Source: Balanoglossus misakiensis
Lineage: Eukaryota; Animalia; Hemichordata
NCBI GenBank assembly: GCA_040954595.2
Contig: CM082594.2
Location: 8,129,573-8,193,572 of the forward strand
DNA: 64,000 nucleotides
Direction of reading: 5' to 3'
Under the pieces are notes generated by a model. That model worked only from the letters and a program-made list of their open reading frames with translations. It did not search any database and had not been told where the DNA came from. The position numbers and the translations under genes are program-made. Within the stretch, counting starts at the first letter, position 1. Each line of letters opens with the position of its first letter. This document shows positions 23,401-37,269 of the stretch, one piece after another.

Positions 23401-26400
23401 CTCAGCTGACTCATGATATATGTGTGCATGGAGAATAAACACTGGCCTTGTCTCCGCTTCCAGTGGTAAACAACATGTTGTTGTTTTGGAGACTACTATA
23501 CCGGTACCTGGCTCTATCTGATCGGTCAAATACCTTATCATATACACTAGTACAATGGGAGGAGCCACAATCAATGCTAATTGGACTATTGGAAAAGTGC
23601 ATGGTGAAAGTCACTGCCGGTTAATAGGGCATTCACCTGGTTCAGTTCTCAACATTTTTTTCCTTCACATCAGTTCATTAGACAACAATGAGTTAATGTC
23701 CTGTACAATTGTCAGCTCACAGGCTTGATCACAGTGAATTCTGTCAGCAGTCTCTAATTGCCTCCAAGTCACAGGTACACATATAAGACAGTCACCATAA
23801 CTCAATCTTGTACACAAGCACATGTACAATCACCGTATTAACCAACATTTATGAAGTCCATCAAGTGTTTCTAGTTCATCAAAGAGAGCTAGCTCTGTAT
23901 TCACAAGGCACATTACGTCACACCACAGGCACTGTATTAACTATAGCTGGGAGAAGTTCTTAGAGAAGTAACATTCTTGTTCTGGCATTGTAGTCACCAG
24001 GCGATGAAGTACATGTATTCAAATCAAGAATTGACAGCGGTAAATGTCAGTGTTCAGTGACATAGGAGTATGAAAATAATCATAATAATAATGCATATGA
24101 ATAATTGAGGAAAAATGAAGAAACAAAGATTTTCTTCCTACCTATTGTCAATCATCTATCGACTGGCAGATGCAACACTGACACACACATGTTGTATCAC
24201 TACATACTGATTTTACTTTTTATCTCTTGTGGTATTGCTGAAGATTCTCAAGTTATTCAATGTCACATTGCTTGCACGCGAGGAAAAACGTGCTCACACT
24301 GTAAGAATGGTATGAAAATCCTATCAAATTAACTGCCAATTACTGTAACAAGTCGTGAATGATGTCTGACATCCATTGTCATGGTCCAATGGAACACCTA
24401 TCAAACTTTCGTAGAAATCTTACGTCAATAAGATTGCCAAGGTGACTTGTCATTATTTGCAAGCTGACATTAACTTAAAGAGATAACGGATTTTTTATCA
24501 TGTCAAATTCAATGGCCACTGGTCATAATATGTGATCTACATTTACAATGTATCTGTAACTGGAACAGGTAATGGTTTTAATAGTCTCGTAAACTAGTTA
24601 AAAATACACGTGTCCGGGAAAAAACAATTTGATATCAGTATACTCAGAAAACACTTTCATTTGATCTACAATCCGCCATGACCATGATTGAGACAACTTT
24701 GACCTAGTTAATTACATCATTCTCTCTTAATCATTATTCATAATCTTTAAATATTCAAAAATCGCATTATCATTAATAAAAATTTGGATAAAAATGAAGA
24801 TTATGGGTTTCATCATTGCAGACCGTAGAGTTCCGGTGCGGGTGCACCTTTGTCATTAGAAAGACAATAGGCACGGACCAAAGTATTGTTTTCTTATTCA
24901 ATGGAATTAATCCCCGCAAAATAAATGTTTGTTATTTGTTTTGTTGACATGGAGTCATGATGACAATGGATGGGAGTCTCCCGTGAGACCACATTTCAGG
25001 AATGGTTTCAAACAATTTTTGTTAGTTTCTTTGGAAGAGAAGAAATTAAAAAACCAAACGGAAAGAATATAACTGTTACTCATTCACCTATTGCCTATCA
25101 TGTGCCACATACAATGTACACACGAATTTTATGCTATCAGTGTCATTTCCTGCATCAATTACCCATAAACTTTTATCTCTTCAATGAAAAGTCGACTAAT
25201 CCAGGCGATTACCGAGAAAAATAGCTGTTTCTTTTGGCTATATTGATTTTTCAGTAATGCTGTTGTTTTGAATAAAAAATGCCTATTCATCCTTCAAGCT
25301 GTGCTGACGTGAACTTCCTTACTAGTAAAACAACAAAACACACAATGAAACCTTTTACAACCAGAAAAAAAGGTCAATATACATGCACACACGTCACTCG
25401 CCTTACCTGTTAGGATGTAGAATCACTCTCAGAAATAAACAAGTTGCCAATTGTACGAAACAAACATCCACCAGAAAAAAATCCACTTGATTCAATAACT
25501 TCTACGTACCAGGTTACAATTAAACAAAAACACCAATGATTCTCAGAACGAAATACAATCCAAACGGACAAAGAGAGAGAAATAATATCTCTCTGCAAAA
25601 CCTTAACCATGCATTGCAGTCAGACCCCTAGATGTATGGCAGCAGCTATTGAAATGCAGGCATGCGTTGTACAGCAATAGCAGGACCCAGAAAGAAATAG
25701 GAAATTGCCTTTAATGGCATCTTATTTGAATCTACTAAGTGGACAGTCCCAAACTAGTATTACATGCGGACTGGTGACAGGTGTTTTCTTCAGCTCAGAC
25801 TTATAATTGTAATGTTTCCTGCCACCCTACTTCCATATTGTTTGATTTTCCAATATTACTTGTGATAAATCTTATAATTAGCCTAGATTTATGGTGAAAT
25901 GTCAGGTGTTTGTTCAAGGTATGTGCGTTCACAGTAATGGCAACGGCTCAACATTGCAATTTTCATTTGGGATATACAGTGCACTGGTCATAAATGTTTA
26001 AAGCAAAGTCTCATAAACCTGCATTTTCCTGCCAATTCCTAAAATTGATATTAACAGCAATGTTGGGACGCAAAAAGGAGTCTTGTACAAAAGCTATCCC
26101 TAGTCTTGAGCAAACTGAAACCTATAAAACAGCGTGACCTTCTGAGGTCTAACGGTAGATGTAAAAAGAATGCATTACACTTACAGGAGTAGAGAAACTG
26201 GAACACATATATTTGATGGCGTTCCTCTCAACCATGCACAGACTTCCACAGCAAGAACTCGAAAAGCAAACTTGGCAAATCAACAGGAAACCCACCTTCA
26301 GCTGTTGAAGTCCCGATCACACTGGAAACACTGAAAAGACTGCTGGTGTGTGTTCCCAAGTACTCCGAGCAAATACCTCAATAGGCAGCTGATTAGTGCA

Positions 26401-29400
26401 TTTCTCAAGCTGGGGTTCCCTGCTATGAACATCATTTACTTTTGTTCACCTTAGTAAGAGGTTACAGCGGGGCCATTTTGGTATTCTGTTTTAGACGCCT
26501 CTCTTGTCAACAAACCTCAGGTTCTCCACTTGTCTTGATGTGAAAAAAGGCAGGGGGGACTTCCACGTTTATCATTTCTTCAATGTGCACACCAGGTAAA
26601 TTGATAAGCAACACTTTTTGTGAACTTCTGTATCTACATGTTACAGACCCATTTCTTTTGAACTCTCACTTTTGTTTGCATAAGAAAAGGCACCTGTCGT
26701 CATCTGAAGGAGATATCCCAGCTCTACTTATTCTCAACCTTTCATTTTCTCTCTCTCAAAAACAACAGCGTAATAGTACAATGAACATTGTATGCCAGCC
26801 AAAAAAACGCAAGATCCCCAGGTAACATGTCATACCTGTAGGCATTTAACTATTATTACAGTTATGCACCTCTTTATGTAGGCTACCAAAAGTACGAGAC
26901 AAGGAAAACATTTCTTGGAAAGAGTAGAATATCATATCATATCACCTTGAACTGTTTACATTTGTACATGACAGGCAATACATCATCACAAGCAACTTTT
27001 GTGTTAGCTACAGACAGGGAAGACATTGTTGAATTTGTTCCCTAAGAATATTGTTTCCTATAAGATAATTACCTTATTTCCAACTCCCAGGCTATGAAAA
27101 CATATGTGGATAAGGCAGTCTGTGACACAAACCGGTGAGCCTTAAGCCAAGCAATGGATGAAATGAACAGTACAATGGAATTAAGTAGATGATTACCTGC
27201 TATCTGACCAGATGGAATCGATTGCTTCAAGAATGGAATACAACAAGCGGAGGAGATAATGGAGGATAATAGATTTGAAGGCCGCTATGGAACGGGTTCG
27301 CCTTCACAGTGGGAGAGCACAGCTATGAGTGATACTGATAAACCTTGCTACGCTAACTCACAGTGAAATACACTGAGGGACATTTCTTCATATAAAGAAG
27401 GAACAGCTATTGTCCAGCGTTGTCACTGATGTAGTTCCCACCTGTCTAAAAGCTCATCTTTTTTGTCTTTCTGTACAAACAAAATGGTGATTTAGTGTGT
27501 AATTACTGTTTTGTAGCAGACAGAAATCCTGCTTTAGATGATAGAAATGACCAACAATGACGGACGGAAGGTATCATTCAATAGTTTTATAGTTGATATG
27601 GGCGAATATGGACACTTGGTAACCAGGTGAAGGGAAAGGTGACTTGAAAAATGCCATCCTCAATGTCAAGACCTTCCCCAAAGTAAACAAACTCCCACCA
27701 TTGGGAACGTGTACATGTGCAAATGATAAATCAGGTATAGTTTCACTAAGAAGTCAGATAACACCAAGAAGCATATTGAAATTGACCTGAGTGTGCTAAA
27801 CATAATTGTCTGAGATAGCAAATAGCCTGTTAAAGTCACTGACAGTGGGTTGAGCTATTGAAGGTTATCGTCAATTGATACAAATTCATGTTCAGAGCGA
27901 AATGAATTCAAATGGCAGATCGACATTCTTCAGTCATGGCTTTTGTACAGAGAGCCTGTTTGGTTATTGTACAAAAGTTCTCTGGTGAAACTGAACTCCA
28001 ATTTAATCTTACCAGTATAAATGTACCAAAAAGATAAAAATTACAAAACAAGCATACAATCACCTTGTTGTAATGAACCCTGAAAGCCCACGGTCACTTT
28101 CTGTGACTGTGCCAACATCTGCATCCAAATGCTATATGATGATGGTAAATGGCTGAAACCAAACATGCTTCAACTGCAGTACAGATGCCATCCAGATGTA
28201 ATACATCTGCCACATCAATAATTCTGACTTAATCAGTATTTGCGTTATAAGCCTGTATGTGCACATGTATGCATATATAGATATACCAAACATTTCCCCA
28301 GCCTTTTGCTAAAGATGCCAATTTTTTTTAAAAGTCTCTTTATTAAATCTTTGATTGACATGTTCTATAACTTAGAGAATTACACTTAGACATTACTATG
28401 TAGGCATGATGATCCGGTATTTCTGACAAACAGAACAGCACTGGCAGAAACCAGCAACGTACTTAGTTGATTAAACATCCAGGGCCTCGGGTTAACATGG
28501 TAACATGGGAGGAGTACATAGTATGGAAGGATTAATTCATAAAAAGGAAAACTAGTTGAGTGTAACTAAGTAAATGTCCAGTGACGCAGTTTTTAAATCT
28601 CATTGATTTTTGAGAATGCTAATTAGCCTGTAACGGAATTAGACGCCTGCTTGCTTGGCTGCAGATGACCATGCCTGCTTGACGAACATGCCTGTGCATG
28701 ACAGACACTCAAGTATCAGCAACAAGGGTGTTTAGCGATCAACCTTTTGTCATGTAGATGTAAATTGGTACAGCACACATGTGTGAACGCATGGCCAATG
28801 GGTCATGCTTGGTTGACTCTCGGCATGTCTGAGCATGACCTTGGGGGTCAAAGCTGCGACCTTGTGTGAAATTTTAACCGCACGGGTTTACAGGTACTCT
28901 GTAAACTTTACACAAGCTCGGTTGGCCCCGGTGGTTCACTGAGATTGACAGAAAACCCAAATTAAAAGTATTTCCTGAACAAAATAGAAAACGGACAGAG
29001 ACTCATGTAGCGAACGTTTAAACAGCAACAGGTGGTTGTATTGGCTTCGGATTGGAATTCAATATATCATGGTGTAGCTCAGTCCCACGTACATTTCCAA
29101 AACACACAAACATATGCTGCAGTACAATGCAAACACAGAACTGACAAACATTTTACACACATTCTTACAGTCCGTCGTCCACTCAACACACAAACTGCAA
29201 CAAACATTCCTTCATTCCTTCTTATAAAGCCACTTGCACTTTTCCCATACAGGCTGAAATACACTCAACAATATCTCGGGCATTGAACATTCATTCTATT
29301 AAAGGTTTCATTCATTCGCCTTATCTATGTATACCACTGTCACTCTGACAGTCTTTTGCAATGCATTTTGTAAATCTCAGCACATCACTAACCTCTTGTT

Positions 29401-29491
29401 CTCTCTCTTTGTCTTCTCTCTCCATCTCAGCCTCATCCTGCTCAGCCAGAGCCTGACTGTCAAACTCCATGCTTGTCCCTGGGTTCATCAT
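8486..29491 (-). CDS. CEP152: Centrosomal protein CEP152 / asterless ortholog, ~25 coding exons (first 29491-29393, then 21685-21564, 21397-21187, 21059-20306, ... 13622-12940, ... 10580-10417, last 10193-8486)
   Basis: Spliced N-terminus MMNPGTSMEFDSQALAEQDEAEMEREDKEREQE|LRELLSKALPDDLLEDD resembles the CEP152 PLK4-binding N-terminus. Further motifs: YKVQY, FERLQKEFL, QIQILYKARGRKLEE, ELGKSESLSRARDQH, LKEQLQLYESAAHLGV, LKTELERSL, and C-terminal RCAETVRSEVVKERHCTAKKLRKYYLQCLHQLL. Extensive coiled coil. Confidence 0.88.
12895..12935. repeat. Degenerate (GACA/CA)n microsatellite; similar tracts at ~175-200 and ~57555-57630
   Basis: cagacacacagacaaacagacagacagacagacac seen directly. Confidence 0.7.
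22468..22533 (-). CDS. Candidate alternative first coding exon of CEP152 (MVDCAKKPPVPEVREIEALLYS)
   Basis: ATG in strong context (AACATGG) just after an in-frame stop, 22 codons, strong donor TCG|GTAAGTA in phase 0, matching the phase-0 acceptor at 21685. Confidence 0.5.
23161..23174. promoter_or_regulatory. Perfect palindromic RFX X-box GTTTCCATGGAAAC in the large CEP152 intron
   Basis: Exact 14-bp palindrome, ~630 bp upstream (on - strand) of the candidate alternative exon. Confidence 0.5.
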
Positions 29492-32153
29492 CTTGAACTA
29501 AACGTATAACATCTGCAGCTGGAAGGAAGAGAGACGGTCAGGGAAACAAGTTCATGCACATGTTGCATAATTTACACGACTGTATTGACCGTCAATTGGG
29601 GAGGATGGGGGAAAACAAAAGGGGATTTAAACTTCAAAGTCATTAGTGATGCAGAGATAATGACACTGGTGCTTTCAATTACAGGTTTGACTCCTACAAG
29701 TGGAAAGTACTATATTAATAAAGTAACATCACCAAACCAGTCAGATTTCACAGTTTTCACTAGGCTGTTGGCACATCAATGTACAACTGTGACACCAACA
29801 GTGACAAGAATGTTTCACCACAAATAAAATTATCAATTGAAGAGATTGGTTGGAATGGAAATCTGACAACTACAATAATATATGTTTCACGGCCTTGACA
29901 GGCATTTTTAACACTTAAGACGTCGTCATGTATACCTTTATGGCAGTAGGATTTATGTCAACTCTGTGAATTATATTTCACTTAACACTTCAAACTTTGA
30001 ACAAGGACTGAACTAAAATAGCAAAAATATATACCATTTTTACAATGATGAGTCATAGATTATGACTGTACAAGCCCAGTGCAGAAAATTTTATTACATA
30101 CAAAATTGTATCATCTGGCGCACATTCCTTTACAATGAATATCATCTAACATTTTTGTGAATAGGACCTTTTCTTTGAAAGTTTTCAAACACGTAACTGT
30201 CCACCTGGACACGACCCATAATCATTCATTAAGTACAAGGTGCCATGGAGACTCTATCAAAAAATCCCGGCAACCAAAAGATGTGCTGGACAAAATAAAA
30301 ACCATTGTAGTGTAAAAGCCATTATCTGAAATTCCCAAGCGGCGTTGCTGGGTAACCATGACTCCCTCATATCGCTGGCTATTTACATATCAACAATGGC
30401 TCAAGCCCTTTCATTCATTCATAAAGCTATAACAAACTACTATAACTCGTCGAGATTGACAAAAACACGGCACAAATCTCAACATGTCCAGTGTCATCTT
30501 TATTTTCAGTTAAATAACCAATTCATCGCCTTTCACAGTTATTTTGAAATTTCAAATGAATTACTACCCTGCCATGTGATCTTATTTGTTTCGCATGAAT
30601 ATAACTGACTCTTCTCATGCACTAGTCACTCAGTGAAGCTGTAAAGGCTGACCGAACTGTGATCTACAACGTATGTGTATGTAAAATCTGAGACAGCACC
30701 TGAAGACTGTGGATATGTGCTGCCCTGGAAAAATGTGTGACGAAAAAGTTTGCTTTGATCTTGATCTGACCATGGGTCATCCAGTATTCAGTGTAATGCA
30801 GAAAGTTTGACATCACACTGAATGCCAAAAAATTATTCATGACAACACGTAAACAAACAACAGAATACCAGATGGACTGTTTTGTGGCGCAACTCTACTC
30901 ACCCCATCATAAATTGTGGGCAACATTTTGATTGATTTGAAAACAGATCACAAAAGTATTGGTGTTTGCATTGGTAAATCTGTCTTATCACATTATCATT
31001 GCTAATCTGCACAGATCGGTTGTCGCTCTGATACCAGTAAACTTAACTGATAGTCTTACATTGGCACAATCTGCTTCAGTAAATGTCAAAAGAGTGACAT
31101 TAACCATATTTTTGTAAAAAAATCAAACACGTAAATGTCTGACGCAGTTTGGGTACTGTATGACTAATCTACCTGAAGTAGAGTCATAAAAAAATTTAAT
31201 AGTCTGTTCGAAAACTGTTCAGACATGAACTGAAGAAGACAGTTAATGGTTGCTAGAACAATGCAGTTTATAGATGTTTGGCCCTTAAAACTTTTGCGCT
31301 GTCATCAGCTATGTTCTGCACTATCATTCATAGCGTCATAGTTAACAGTCTATTGCCAGGTAAAACCCTTACAATGTAACATGGAAAATTGATAACCAGT
31401 GCCATCTGAAACAGCTACAAGGTGAAAAGTTAAAGGCTGACTAATATGACGTGTTGCAGTGGGTGAAATCATTATGACATTGTCTATGGGCATGGTCATG
31501 AACAGTGCTCTACTGCACTGACAATGAGTATGCCCCCCCCCCCCCCCCCAACAGCTGAGCTTGTAAGTTGCATGTTGTAAGGCGAAGGGTAAACACTGAA
31601 ATGCTGTCAATGCGGCTATGCTCATGGTAGATTTTGATAAGGGAAACAAGGGGGTTTATAAAGTATTGTTATAAACGTTCAGCAAGGGCACGATAGTTTT
31701 GCGCCTCGAGACGAAATGAAAATCACAAAGGGGTCCGTTTCAGATTGCAGCAAGCGGATTTCACGTTTTGACTGTTGTGACCTGAATCATACGAGACGTA
31801 CGTTGGTTCTTGTTATTTACTGCATAGTGCATGTCAGCTAACTCATGAGGCAGTTACTGTAAGAGTCATCGCGGCTGTCTCTTAGACTTGCATTTGTCGC
31901 AATCCGTGATCCGATTCATTTCTCGTGTTGGGACCCCACTGCACTGGTCGCGTGCAAGTTTTGAAGTGTAAAGAAAACAAGTCAAACTCACTCTGGGCGG
32001 AAGCCAAGAAGTGATCAAACTTTTGCGTCCACGAAGTTACTTCGTTCAGAAAATACCTGCAGGTTTGCTCTAGTCGTTCTCTGCCTTCAATAGCACTTAC
32101 CACCCCCAAAAAATAGTTATTTCACGCAAGAATAACGTTGAAATTCGACTTAC

Positions 32154-32362
32154 CTCGGAGCAATCGATCCTCACTGTTTTGAAGGTACCGCCATTACTGA
32201 ATGTGTCCCAACCTGCACTTTTCCCGACATGCACTATTCAAAATGGTAGCGCCCTGGGTGTGATATTTCGATCGATCGCATTTGATTTCACAAACAGTTC
32301 CCTTTATTTATGCGCATCAAGGGGATTGATTAATTTATTGTCATCTTGAGAGACTTTCCACG
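32154..32362. promoter_or_regulatory. Bidirectional promoter CEP152(-)/RALBP1(+), including the non-coding CEP152 first exon (donor GAG|GTAAGT after 32154)
   Basis: About 200 bp between the CEP152 leader-exon donor and the RALBP1 ATG. On the - strand: CHR-like TTTGAA (32237-32242) preceded by GGGCGC, an E2F-like TTTCCCG near 32220, and YY1-like AATGGCGG. Confidence 0.6.
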
Positions 32363-35300
32363 ATGAGTGGTGACATTTCCAGGGATGCTGATTATCCCGG
32401 TTTGCAAGACGAAGAAGATAATGACAGTTACGATGAAGGTAAACAAACACTCACGACCACACCTCCTCCAAAAGTACGGTGCTTTGAATAGAACAGTCAA
32501 GTGAAGATAAATATTGTAGGGCTTCTTTCACACGCATGCAGTGCTACGTACTCTAACGAGGATATTTACGTCATGATCAGACCATGCAGATCATTCTTAA
32601 ATGGTTTGATTAACGATTAGTTGAGTGAACACATGATGGTCAATCCTCTGTATATACCGGAAATTGAATGTGTTGTAGAAACATCGTTTTAGTACTTTAA
32701 AGTTTAATTTCTATATTGTAATAGATTCTGATGAAGAAAGAGATTTCCTGAAAGTGAAAAAGAAAGACAAACATAAAAAGGACAAAGGTTACAAGACAAT
32801 GGCAGCTGAAATGCTTGAAGATGATGATGAGAGGTAAGAAATGATTTGACCTTTGACCTTGACTTTTCCAGCACTGCTTGTGAAAGTATACACAGTGTTG
32901 ATGATGGATATCTAATACACATTTTTTCTCTCTAAGGAGCAAGGCTAAAAAGTCTAAAGGACTTTTCCGACGAGGCCTGGCAAAGACAAAAGAGAAAGAA
33001 AAGGAGAAAGACAGCAAAACCAAAAAGAAAGATGACAGTAAAGCTGAGAAGAGAGAAAAACACATGAAAACTGAGAGGAAAGAAAGAGAAACAAAAGTTG
33101 AAAAGAAAGACAAGGACAAGGAGAGTAAAGCTGAAAAGAAAGAGAAAGAAAAGTCACGGAAGAAATCAGCTCACAACCTAGAACAGATGGATGATGGAAC
33201 AAGACAAGAAAAAGGTGAAAAGCTGTATTCTTTGTTGTCGTGAAGCGTGAGAATATCATTAGTGTATAATTGAGTTCGGAGTTACTAAGCATTTAAATGA
33301 CCTGTAATGTGGATATAGAAGATTCTTTTTGTAACAAGCAATATGTTTTTATGTTGATCCTTTCAGGAAAACCCAGATGTGTGTTTGGGGTTCCACTGGC
33401 TGTTGCCGTGGAGAATAGTAAACTCTATGATGGCATTGAATTACCAGCAGTGGTCAGAGACTGCATCGACTATGTGGAGTCGCATGGTGAGTATAAAGGA
33501 ATGGCGTCATCATTGAGCTCCGACCTTTGAACCTAAGCCTTCATGTCATTCCAGGACTGGGGGTTTGTTTCTTTATATAAAACATTAAAACGTTGGTATG
33601 TACTTTTTGTAGCACTCAATGTACAAGGCATCTATCGGATATCAGGTGTCAAGTCCCAGGTAACACAGCTCCGGCAACAGTACGAGAGAAAACTGCCGAT
33701 CAATCTGGAGGAGTATGATCCACACGCCATTGCTGGACTCTTGAAACAGTTCCTGAGGGAGATCCCAGAACCTGTACTCACCACTCAGTTGATGCCAAGG
33801 TTTGAAGAAGCTGCCAGTAAGATTTTATTCTTATGGTGATGGGGTTGTTGTTCAGAGTCTGTTAAACAGTTGGAATGTTGATGTATGCCCCGACATACTG
33901 AAGCTTTTTTTTTAAAGCAAATTTTTGTTGAATATTTGTATGTCTAATGTTCGGTTATTTTTTGTTTCAGCATTGCCAGATGACAATGCCAAGATAGAAG
34001 CATTTCAAAAGTTAATTTCCGACCTGCCAGTGTGTAACAGAACTTTGCTGACATGGGTTTTTGTTCACATGTCGCATGTCATTGAAAAAGTGAGTCAAAA
34101 TTCTGTCTTATTTTTGGCATTGAGAATCTTAAAGCTGCTGTTATTTAGATAAGATATGAGATATGGGGCTCCCCTCACTCTCTTCCCATATATTCAAACA
34201 CAGGAATCAGAAAACAAGATGAGTTTACAGAATGTGGCCATTGTCCTCAGTCCCACAATGCATCTCAACCACAAAGTACTCTCATTACTGTTCAAGTATC
34301 GCAAGACTTTTTTCAAAGATGTCACTCTGAAAAGGTAAGTCACCAAATGTTTGGTTAAACACTTCTAAGTTATCAGGCAAAAAACATGTTTGTACTTCTG
34401 CCTTTGATTTTGTTGTAAACTGTTGTTAAGCTAGACTTTCTTATATAATTTTGAAATGATGATTATTATCTGATTTCAGACCAACCAAACCACTAAGATG
34501 GCAGTCTTCAAGAACCTCACTGGAATTACCACCAGATACATCAGTGTAAGTGACATATCTGCAATTTAGCCAGTGATATTCGTAGCAATTGTTTTCTCAA
34601 TCAGTATTATACTGTACTGTATTATATTGTGTTGCAGGAGTTTGGAAGAGGAACTGTCCAGACAGGAAGCCATTCTTGCCAAATTACATGAAGATATGAA
34701 CAAAGGCATTGGTGATCAGGTACAGAGATAATTGTCATTTCATGACATGAAGAAATCTTTTAGAAAACTGATTTTGCATTCTTGCAATATTTTTGAAAGC
34801 TTATTCACATGTTTGTTGAGAATTTGTTATCTTTCTTTTTTTGTAGGAAACTGAAGAGAAATTGTGGGAAGTTCAAAGGATTGTAACTACACTGAAAAGA
34901 AAGGTTACAACTTTCTAATATTTTCCCTGTCAATTATTTTCGTTAGAGTACACATAAATTGTACATTGCCCAGTTCTGTCATATTTGAAATTCAACCATA
35001 TTTGCTTTACAAAACTGAGAGTGTTTGTTTAATAATTTTGTAAATATTGACATTGAATAGATTCGACAGAGTAAAAAGCAACAAGCTGCTAAAGAGACAG
35101 AGAAGATCCAGGAAACAGAAGAGATCAAGGTAAAGGAAAAGGAAAAAGAGGGCGAGAAAGAAGAAAGAGTTCAGGAAAGAGAGACACACAAAGAAGAAAC
35201 AGTTACGGAGAAGATGGAAGAACAGAAAGTGGAAGAAGCAGACAAGAAGGAAAACGAGGAAGTGCAAGTTACGGAATCAGTGTCAGATGATGGTATGAGA

Positions 35301-36225
35301 TGGTTTTGTATCAGATGATTAGTGCTAGTCAAATTGGTATCTGATCATGGCGTGAATTAAATTTGCAGTGATATAGATATCTTTCATAAACTAACTGGGG
35401 AATATGACACCACATGATGTCCTGCTGTCATTCTTATCCTCAGAGTCTGTGAACGATCTTCTGAAAACAGAAGCCATGCTTGTGGCCGAAGAGCAGGAGT
35501 TGATGTCGCTGAAAAACGAACTGATCAAGAGACTGGAAAATGAAAGGAATGAAGTGGAGAGATTGAAATCGGAGATCAGTCAGATCAGAGATGAGAGACG
35601 CCAGTCGCCTAGCAACACAGAGGATAGTTCGTCTTCCGATGCATCTTCTGACAGTGAGAGTGTATCCTTTTATCAATATGTTATCTGTCAAACGTCAATC
35701 ACCTATCTCCAATATATTACAGGCTGTAGAACTGTGTCATGATTGGAGATTATTAAGTATTAGTTCATTTCAGAATGCACATACAAGATACATAAAATTA
35801 CATCTCCTTGACAAACTCTCAGGAAGATGAGGAACAGTTACAGAACATCTTGGATGATTTACTCCATGAGAATGAAGAACTGGAGGTAAGTCTTGAAATA
35901 CAGCATTGCATCAGTCAAATATTCTCAAAGACCCCACACAACAGGATTGTGGAAAGTGAAAGAGGTTATCAAAAGTTATGATTTATGCATACGTTATAAT
36001 TCTAACACCTGTTATTGACATGGTCAATTGTAACTAAGATCTTATCCATTTTTACAGGCCAAGAATGATGAATTAAGCATTGCAATACACGAAGAAAGAG
36101 CCATCTGTATACATCTCAAAGTCCAAGTACAGCTGGCTCAGAGCTGTCACGCAGAAATCAGATCTGAAGACGTCAAGATGCACCCTGAAATCAAACCTGT
36201 TGAAACTGCAGAGACTGCTGTTTAG
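32363..36225 (+). CDS. RALBP1: RalA-binding protein 1 (RLIP76), RhoGAP plus Ral-binding coiled coil; 14 exons (approx. 32363-32438, 32725-32833, 32937-33214, 33367-33486, 33613-33816, 33971-34089, 34204-34334, 34480-34544, 34638-34719, 34847-34902, 35061-35292, 35444-35661, 35823-35885, 36058-36225)
   Basis: Lys-rich N-terminus; VFGVPLAVAVENSKLYDGIELPAVVRDCIDYVE; GAP arginine finger GIYRISGVKS; NKMSLQNVAIVLSPT; Ral-binding EEELSRQEAILAKLH...EEKLWEVQRIVTTLKRK; SESEDEEQLQNILDDL; ends ETAV*. Confidence 0.93.
35662..35822 (+). other. U12-type (minor spliceosome) GT-AG intron in RALBP1
   Basis: 5' end GTATCCTTT; branch site TCCTTGAC at 35805-35812 close to the AG; no polypyrimidine tract; removal restores SDSES|EDEEQL in frame. 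Confidence 0.85.
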
Positions 36226-37269
36226 CTTCTAGATTGAAATAGAGCACCCTACCTTAGCATTATCAGCTTAGCATTTGTGTCCCCGTTAGGCTGAATCAAT
36301 GTTTGCCAAATGAGACATAAGCGTCCTTGTGGTATACCGTAATATGCATTGGGCTTGCAAATGACGTCCCTTTATATAAGTGACATGCTAGCTGTTTACT
36401 GAAAAGTCGCTGCAATATTTCATTAATGTCCATTATTCTGATGCACTAATTTACATCTGGCGTGAACTTGTGTGACTTCTCGTGGATCATGGCTAGAAAA
36501 AAGTTAAAACATTTTAATTTTATTTTATCAAAAGTGAAACATTAAGTTATACTCAAAATACACCTTTTAGTATTAAGTACCATGTACTGTTATGTGAAAG
36601 TAATAAAATTACCAGTACCAAAATGAAGGACTGGTGTGTTTTTGTTCTTCAGTTGGTAGACATGGGACTTGAACACTGATGGCGCTCTTCTACACAAGAC
36701 TTCGTAGAATAAAGAACTCATTACTTACACTGTCATCTGGGCTATAGCTTAATTCCTGAACCAGCACTGAGAATTTAATAATAAAATCAAAACCAAAACC
36801 ATTCTGACATCTTGGAACAATGTGTGGTGTAACAACTTCATAAATTTATTTCTCAATCCAAAATATACAAGCAGAACAGTACACTATTTCTGGAAGAAGA
36901 AAAACAAAGTGTGGCCTGATATGGTAATTTCAGAAAATTCCAAAAACAAACAGAGTACTTATTTACATTTTTTTGCTAAGTACATTATACACACGACATA
37001 AAATATGTACAAAGATGTACACAATTATAACAAATTGTCAGTGCATTTGTAAATTGTTTGGCAGATGTAGGAGAAAGAAAGTTCATTTCAAGTTACAAGT
37101 ATACATGTGACCTCTCAAGACAAGACATTGTTTTGATCAGAAATCTGATCAAAAGAGCCAATACAAGAGCCAAGGTGCACCAAGTTTGGGGTCAAAGTTC
37201 ACACTATGTAAACTTAACTGTACACTGACAATATGATACAAAATCTTAAATTATCTCACGTTTCAATTT

